Below are positions 58,319 through 64,000 of a stretch of 64,000 nt of DNA, one piece after another; position 1 is the stretch's first letter; the number at the start of each line of letters is the position of its first letter. Below the pieces are notes generated by a model, which saw nothing but the letters and a program-made list of their open reading frames with translations, searched no databases and had not been told where the DNA came from. Both the position numbers and the translations under genes were made by a program. Source of the DNA: an uncultured virus (IMG/VR IMGVR_UViG_3300021420_000025) (taxonomy: Duplodnaviria; Heunggongvirae; Uroviricota; Caudoviricetes); IMG/VR virus record IMGVR_UViG_3300021420_000025; one strand, written 5' to 3'.

Positions 58319-58881
58319 GGCTTTCTCTCCCAAAGCACGCAGCCGAAATCAGGGCGAGCCATAAGCCCGGAGCTGTTGCCTTCCGAGTCGTACGTGACAG
58401 CCTTTTCGGGGTCGGGGCCTGTTGCTGCTTTGATCGGCCTCGTGCAAACGATTGCACCATCCATGTTCGATGTAGGCCGGCAAGCAAGGCTCCCCTGAGG
58501 GGGAGCCCAATGAACGCAGCTATCACAAGTAATGCTAATGAGCTCGGGCGCGGGTCTCGCCGTTACCCGAGTCAAATCGAGGATCTCTTTGACGAATGTT
58601 TGCGCGGCTGCAATACCCGCTCTCATCTCCCCGTAGGTATCGTCGGTGTCCTTAGCGGCCCTCTCGAGCGCAATACTCAAGGCCTTTGTCTTTTCGATGA
58701 AGTCCACGTCAAGCCTCTTTGAATTTGGGGCATTCGCCGCAAGAGCATTCGCCCTTGCCGCCCTCATGCGCGCCCCGCGGGCAGCCGCACCGCGCGCACG
58801 TGTCCGCGTCGGTCGACACGTCGCCGTCCTCGTCGCGGATGAACTGCGGCTCGTTCTCATCTTGGGGCTTGGCTCTCTTCT

Positions 58882-59124
58882 TCATCGCGGCGTCGGTCCG
58901 GTTACAATAAAACCTCGAAAGCCTGCGTTGGCCGGGTCGATCAAGTCTTGTTGCTCTCGCGTGAGTTGAATCTGATCAAGTCGAGTGAGAATCTTACGCG
59001 CCGCGCGCACCTTCTCCACATCGATGCCCTCGTCCATCAAGTCGGCCAGCACCGTCGCGGCCTCCTCGAGCCGCCGCGCGTACTCGAGCGGCAACATGAT
59101 GGTCTCCTTCTTCTTCTGCGCCAT
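58882..59124 (-). CDS. Hypothetical protein
   Basis: AAGGG upstream of ATG 59124. Confidence 0.5.
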   Translation of the reverse strand: MAQKKKETIMLPLEYARRLEEAATVLADLMDEGIDVEKVRAARKILTRLDQIQLTREQQDLIDPANAGFRGFIVTGPTPR

Positions 59125-59147
59125 CTGCGTATCCCTTCTTGAAGAAG

Positions 59148-59241
59148 TGACCCTCTCCCGAGTTGAACGGAAGTGCTTCTCCACCGCCGATGAGTGTCGT
59201 CCAAAACCCGCGGGCGGAGAGAAGCTTTACCCCGTAGGGCC
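59148..59241 (-). ncRNA. tRNA-like structured element (acceptor-like stem + T-arm, no normal D or anticodon arm)
   Basis: - strand GGCCCU...AGGGUC acceptor-like pairing; UUCCG-UUCAACU-CGGGA T-arm; long internal stem GCUUCUC(U)CCGCC / GGCGG(U)GGAGAAGC. Confidence 0.35.
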
Positions 59242-59485
59242 TAACGTTCCCCCCGCGAACTGTCGAAGGCGCGCGGGGAGTACGGCCATGCTCATCGAAA
59301 CCGTGGGCAGGCGCCACGTTGAAGTACTCGAGCGGTCAGACCCGAGCAGCTTCGAGTCTTTCAAAAAGTTGCCGGCTCTGCGGGGCGTCCGCCGGCGGAG
59401 ACTGCGCACGCCTTTAGAACGACGGGCGAACCGTCGGTTGGCAGCGAACGGGCGATGGTCCGGACCACCCACCCGTACCCGAAGT

Positions 59486-60157
59486 CTATTTCTTTCTGCC
59501 GACGACCTTCAAAGGCGGCGCTGTCTTCTTCACCCCTTTGGCGACCGTCTTGGGCGGCTCGTCTTCTTCGTCCTCGTCCTCTTCCTCGTCGTCGTCCTCC
59601 TCTTCGTCCTCGTCCTCTTCTTCCGGTCCCTCGGCCGGCGGCTCTTCGTCGTCCTCGTCGTCGACGTCTTTCAGCGGGGGGACTTCTCCCGAGGGCTTGG
59701 TGTACCGCGCCTCGGTGCGCTTCTCACCGTCCTTCTCCGTAACGACCGTGCCGATCTCGAACGTCTGGCCGTCCAACGCCGCAATGTATTCGTCGAAGTC
59801 GGACCACTCCTTGTAGACCGTCGGCAAACTGCTCAACTCCACCCCCGCGAGCTTGGCGAGGTCGCGGTTCTTCTTCTTGCAGCCCTGTTCCCATTTGTGC
59901 CCCTTGGGCACAAACCCCAAGTAGTCGAACACGCTGCTCCCGAGCGCTTTCTCGTGCTCCTCGTCGTCGTGCGAGAGGCACGTCTTCAGTTTCCACTGAA
60001 GCTTGAACATCGGGTATTTGGGCGCGCCGTCTTTGCCCGTCGTCGATTTGATCACCTTGAGCGTGGCGGTCCATCGGCCGGCCGGGGCGTCGGGCGGGAT
60101 GTCGGTTGAGTCGTACTTCACTTTGCTAAACGCGAGAGTCTTTTCAGCAGCGGGCAT
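59486..60157 (-). CDS. SSB-like (DUF669-like) protein with acidic tail
   Basis: PAGRWTATL...PMFKLQW OB-like pattern; long D/E tract; next to the Sak4-like ATPase. Confidence 0.65.
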   Translation of the reverse strand: MPAAEKTLAFSKVKYDSTDIPPDAPAGRWTATLKVIKSTTGKDGAPKYPMFKLQWKLKTCLSHDDEEHEKALGSSVFDYLGFVPKGHKWEQGCKKKNRDLAKLAGVELSSLPTVYKEWSDFDEYIAALDGQTFEIGTVVTEKDGEKRTEARYTKPSGEVPPLKDVDDEDDEEPPAEGPEEEDEDEEEDDDEEEDEDEEDEPPKTVAKGVKKTAPPLKVVGRKK

Positions 60158-60290
60158 GATCTCTGATCTCCTTCATTCTTTGATTGCGATTGGGCCGCCA
60201 TTGACGGGCGGCGACATTTTTACTCGGTGTCCCCGTACATCTTGTGCGCCATAGCATCGTCGTACGCGTCGTCCGCCAGCTCTTGAGGCA

Positions 60291-61124
60291 TCATGTGGAG
60301 TCGCTCTTCGTTTCGAGGCCGTTGCTGCGACCCGGCGCGGCCTCGACGGGAGGGTTTTTCTTCACCCTATTTCCGATTTTGCGGATGCCCATCGCCTTCA
60401 TCAGCATTCGAATGTTCGCCGGGATGGGCACTGTCTGTGCACCGCTCGGCAAGCTGCGGCAGCCGGGGCCCCACACGCCCTCGCCGCTCGTCACGAAAAC
60501 GCGCTGGCCGTTGCGCATGTCCATGAAGACGACATCCTGGAACATCGCGGGGATCACCGTGCGCGCTTTGCCGCCGAGGAGCGGGACAATCCCGTGCCCC
60601 GACTTGGCGGTCTGCCCTTCAATGATCTCGCCCCCGACGTCCATGTAGTGGGAGGTCACGATCACGTGCGCCTTCATCCGAAAGAGCCGGGCGCACACGT
60701 TCTGCAGCCGCTTCGTGTACTCCGGCCAGTAGCGGCGGCCGTCGGGCCCTTTGCCCGATTCATTGGTCGCGTCCGCGAGCTGCACTTCGATGTTGGACGC
60801 GAAGGAGCTCAACGGGTCAACCACGATCGTGTGGTACAGCCCCGCCTTGACGCCCTTGCGCGCGACCGCGAGCGCGCGCTCCATGTCGTTCAGCTCCTCG
60901 ACCAACTCCACGTCGAACTCGTCGCCGGCGATCGCGCCGAGCTGACCGTCTTTCCTCTTCCACGCGAGCACGGCGGGCCGGATCGCGCCTTTCTCATCGC
61001 AGTTGATGAGGAGCACGCCCGGCTCGCAGGTCGTCACGGCCGCGCGCGTCTTTCCGATCTTGGGGGGCCCCAACAGGAAAAGACGCAAGTACAAATCCAT
61101 CGCCACTTCGCTGGCGCCCGGCAT
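60291..61124 (-). CDS. AAA_24 / Sak4-like ATPase (ssDNA-annealing type)
   Basis: LLGPPKIGKT (Walker A); TIVVDPLS (Walker B); HVIVTSH. Confidence 0.8.
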   Translation of the reverse strand: MPGASEVAMDLYLRLFLLGPPKIGKTRAAVTTCEPGVLLINCDEKGAIRPAVLAWKRKDGQLGAIAGDEFDVELVEELNDMERALAVARKGVKAGLYHTIVVDPLSSFASNIEVQLADATNESGKGPDGRRYWPEYTKRLQNVCARLFRMKAHVIVTSHYMDVGGEIIEGQTAKSGHGIVPLLGGKARTVIPAMFQDVVFMDMRNGQRVFVTSGEGVWGPGCRSLPSGAQTVPIPANIRMLMKAMGIRKIGNRVKKNPPVEAAPGRSNGLETKSDST

Positions 61125-61139
61125 TTCTTCTCATCCCTT

Positions 61140-61490
61140 CGTTTCGTGGCGTTGGGGCGCTAACCCGAACCGCCACGGTCGCCGGATTGAGGCGAGGCTG
61201 CAACGTACCCCCAATGGTGCCCGGGGGGGCAGGCAAGCCACCGCAGTACAGCCCCAGCCCCGCCTCAATCCTTCGACATCGGGGTTGATAGTCGAGGCCC
61301 ACGGGTCCGGGCAAGTAAAATCAGCAGAGGTCGCTCTTTTTCTTCTCGGCTCTCTTCGAACCCCGCTTATTTCCCCGCTAGAAAGACAAATCCCCGCGTT
61401 CTCCGAAGAGAACCCAGGGATCGGTCTAGCGCACGACGTCGGAAACGAAGGAGAGATTCCGAAAGGTCGCGCTAAGCCTAGCAGAGCCGT
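61140..61490 (-). ncRNA. Candidate structured non-coding RNA
   Basis: 16/17-bp inverted repeat 61184-61200 / 61255-61271; GUUCUC-UUCG-GAGAAC hairpin on the - strand (61398-61413); further nested stems. Confidence 0.35.
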
Positions 61491-61492
61491 CG

Positions 61493-62248
61493 TCAAGGGT
61501 CGTAGTTCTTTTTTTCGGCCAAAAACTCGACTTCTACGAGCTCTGCGGCTTCTGCCTCTTCTGCGGCGGATTCCTCCGCGGAAAAGTCGTCGGTCTCGAA
61601 GCCTTCCGAGAGCTTGTCGTTCTCGTTGATCCCCGCGCCCCCCTCGAGCACGTCGCGGAGCCGCCCGAGCGCCCGGTCGATCAGTTGCGAAACCCGCGGC
61701 GGCGAGACCCGCATCCGCGCCGCAATGATCGTCATGGGGATGTCGCCCACGAAAAAAGCCCGCAGCACGCTTTGGTCGCGGGGAGACAGCTTCGAAAGGG
61801 CAAGCTGCACCATCCGCCGGTCCATCAGGTCCGCGCTCGGCGGGTGCACCCGCGGCGCCATGCGCTCCCACTCCGAGACCACGAGGTCGTCGATGCCGAT
61901 CTTGCTGACGTGCGGCAACCCCGCCCGCTGCCGGCGCGTCAGCCAGTCCTGGGCCCGCAGTTCGTCCAGGATGGCCCCACGAATGCGCGCCATCAGGAAG
62001 TTAGAGTTTCGCTCAGGGGTACGCTTGAGGAGCTCCCAGAGCCCGAGGCGGCCGGCCGCGATGAGGTCTTCCTCTTGGACGTTCGGCGGGAGCTTGCCGA
62101 GAATGCGCCGGGCGATTTTGCGTACGAGCGGGTCGTACTGGAGGAGCTCTTTCTCTAACGCGCGTCGATGCGACCCGTCGGTCTTCGGCTCCGCGGGAAA
62201 CGCCGCGGGGGGATACGAACGCGGGGGAGGAAACGAAGACGAGGGCAC
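61493..62248 (-). CDS. Sigma-70 family, FliA/WhiG-like sigma factor
   Basis: PLVRKIARRILGKLPPNVQEEDLIAAGRLGL; RIRGAILDELRAQDW; region 4 LSPRDQSVL...IAARMRVSPPRVSQL; acidic tail. Confidence 0.88.
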   Translation of the reverse strand: MPSSSFPPPRSYPPAAFPAEPKTDGSHRRALEKELLQYDPLVRKIARRILGKLPPNVQEEDLIAAGRLGLWELLKRTPERNSNFLMARIRGAILDELRAQDWLTRRQRAGLPHVSKIGIDDLVVSEWERMAPRVHPPSADLMDRRMVQLALSKLSPRDQSVLRAFFVGDIPMTIIAARMRVSPPRVSQLIDRALGRLRDVLEGGAGINENDKLSEGFETDDFSAEESAAEEAEAAELVEVEFLAEKKNYDP

Positions 62249-62256
62249 AATCTAGA

Positions 62257-63825
62257 TTAGCGCGTGGGGGAACGAACCCGCTCTTCGAGGAGCCTTTCGC
62301 GGTCCGCCTTGACCGCCTCGTACTTCGACGTGAGCAACTTGAGGTCGTGCTTGAACAGGGCGCACTCTAGATCCAACTCTGCGACCCGCGCTAGGAGCCG
62401 CTCGATTGTCTTCGCGTGGTCGCGGTAAAAGCTGTCGAGCGTTCGATAGGCCGCTTTCTCAAAGTTCACAGCCCGCTCGAACTCATCGGCAACGGCCCTC
62501 CAACCCCACGTAAAGTTGAACTGGGTGCCATGGGCGACGTCCCAAATGTGTTGGAGTCGATCCGCGAGCTGATCGCGCGGCTCATTCGACTTTAGAGATG
62601 ATGCCACGGTACTCCCGCCGTGGCCCGGCTCTGGTTGCCGCGTCCCGACTCGAACGGGATCACCCTGCGCGCATTCGACGGCGCCGACCGGCTTGTTTAG
62701 GCCCGCATCGGCCAGAGTTTGCATCGCGTATTGCGTCAGGGCCAACCATCCCGCCTTGTGGCGCTGCAGCATGTTCTTCCACGCGAGCGCGCCGTAGATC
62801 TCGCAGCCCACGCGGATGGCATGCTCGCGCAATGCCCGCGCCCGCTCGTCGAGCGATTCGCGCGGCTTGTGTTCAAGGTAGAAAGCATCGGTTCGCGTCG
62901 TCATCGTTCCACCCACAGCTCTTTGAGGAGCGCCTCACAGCGCGCCCGCCAACCGTTCGTGAGGATAGCCTCATCGCGCAAGGACGGATCTCCCATGATC
63001 ATGTGAGCGTCCGCCAAGAGCACACGGATCTTTTGAAGCGTGTCGTCGGAGAGTGTTGATGCCGCCCGCGGTCTCATGCGGTCCCCGCTTGCGTTGCCGC
63101 CGGTTCGAAGAGCGCCATTGCCCCCAACTCGTCGCGCGTGTTGCCCTTGCTCTCGCTCCGCGCCACGAAGCCCACACAGGCGAGCAACACACCGGCGAGA
63201 GTCTCTTTCACTATCGGAATATCTCCCCGGTTGATGTTCGACGCCGCGCGCAACGCCGCTTGCAGCAGCTTCGGCAACACCCGGAAGTGCGCCCCACAGA
63301 CGAAGTGCTTGCGCAAGAGCGGCGTCTCGCACCCGCGGCAGGGACAAATGCCGGGACGGGCGATCGTCTCGACGGCCTCCACCTCTTCCGCGCTCACGAC
63401 CTCGAGCGGCCGCACGTTGATTTGGCACGACCCGGGAATGCCGAACGCTTTGGTCGCGATCGCGCGGAGCATTGCGTTTTGGACATCCTCGGGCGTGACC
63501 GGCCAGTTCGTTTGAAGCGTGAGAGTGATCTCAAACTTTCGGGATTTCATTTCTTGGCTGGGCCCTTCAAGGACGAGTCGATATCTTCTAAGGCCGCGTG
63601 TGCGGTAACCACTACCGCGATCGCAGTGAGAGGGTCGACCCGCGGATTGCTGAGCGCCCCTGCCATCAATGCAATTAGCTCCGCGCGCCACCGGTCGTTC
63701 TGCATCCCCTCGAGCTTCCGCACTTCGGCCGCGATGTGCTGCGCCCACACTTTGACCGCGCCCGTCTGCATCGTCGGCGTGGTGATCTCCGCCATGTCCT
63801 GATCGATCTTCTCGGAAAGCTTCAT
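62257..63825 (-). other. Coupled small hypothetical ORFs (62257-62904, 62901-~63077, 63074-63550, 63547-63825)
   Basis: ATGA overlaps; 63074-63550 has CPCRGC...CGAH. Confidence 0.55.
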
Positions 63826-64000
63826 TGCCCGTTCTCCTCTCCGCGAACGCGGACCTTCGTGACCAGCCGCAAGTCGTTCGTGAACACGCCGAGCGGCCCG
63901 AAGCAACGACGCGTCGTCGTGAGCGCGCCGCCGGTTAGACCCATGAAGTTCTCATGCGGATCGAGCACCGCGATGAAGCCCTTGAGGCCCGCGGCGCGCC

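Noticed and set aside
59148..59241. Standard tRNA gene
   Set aside because: No proper D-arm or 7-nt anticodon loop; kept only as a tRNA-like candidate.
60291..61124. Genome-packaging ATPase
   Set aside because: Motifs and context (beside the SSB-like gene and polymerase) fit Sak4/AAA_24 rather than an FtsK/HerA or terminase ATPase.

Overview
High-GC window that reads as an internal part of a bacterial dsDNA virus or phage-plasmid genome. Almost all real genes are on the - strand and many are translationally coupled. The host is possibly Myxococcota, a weak inference from a Cys-rich DAG/DAS-repeat lipoprotein and a FliA-like sigma factor. In transcription order (right to left) it holds: (1) a replication/transcription module (FliA/WhiG-like sigma factor, Sak4/AAA_24-like ATPase, acidic-tailed SSB-like protein, a UDG-family A DNA polymerase split inside its exonuclease domain by two small genes, Dda/RecD-like helicase, RadC/JAB protein); (2) tiny ORFs each led by a 22-bp repeat; (3) a virion module (collagen-like fibres, two glycosyltransferases, FkbM methyltransferase, B12 radical SAM enzyme, transglutaminase-like protease, Arg-rich NP-repeat core-like protein, candidate jelly-roll capsid proteins, many small single-pass membrane proteins), with no terminase, portal or tail gene recognisable; (4) lysis-type genes and GroES; (5) a serine resolvase beside a palindrome-rich intergenic region; (6) early-type small genes, including a DUF932-like gene; (7) a stand-alone Cas7/RAMP-like gene (8728-9405), followed by an SNF2 helicase, an SLT-like enzyme and a third collagen. 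The top candidate for a novel system is this Cas7-like gene, which is flanked on both sides by non-CRISPR arrays built from an ~8-nt YGTCGNNN marker plus 4-6 NGGNN pentamers (unit lengths mostly 28/33/38 nt). All family calls come from motif recognition by eye; no searches were run.
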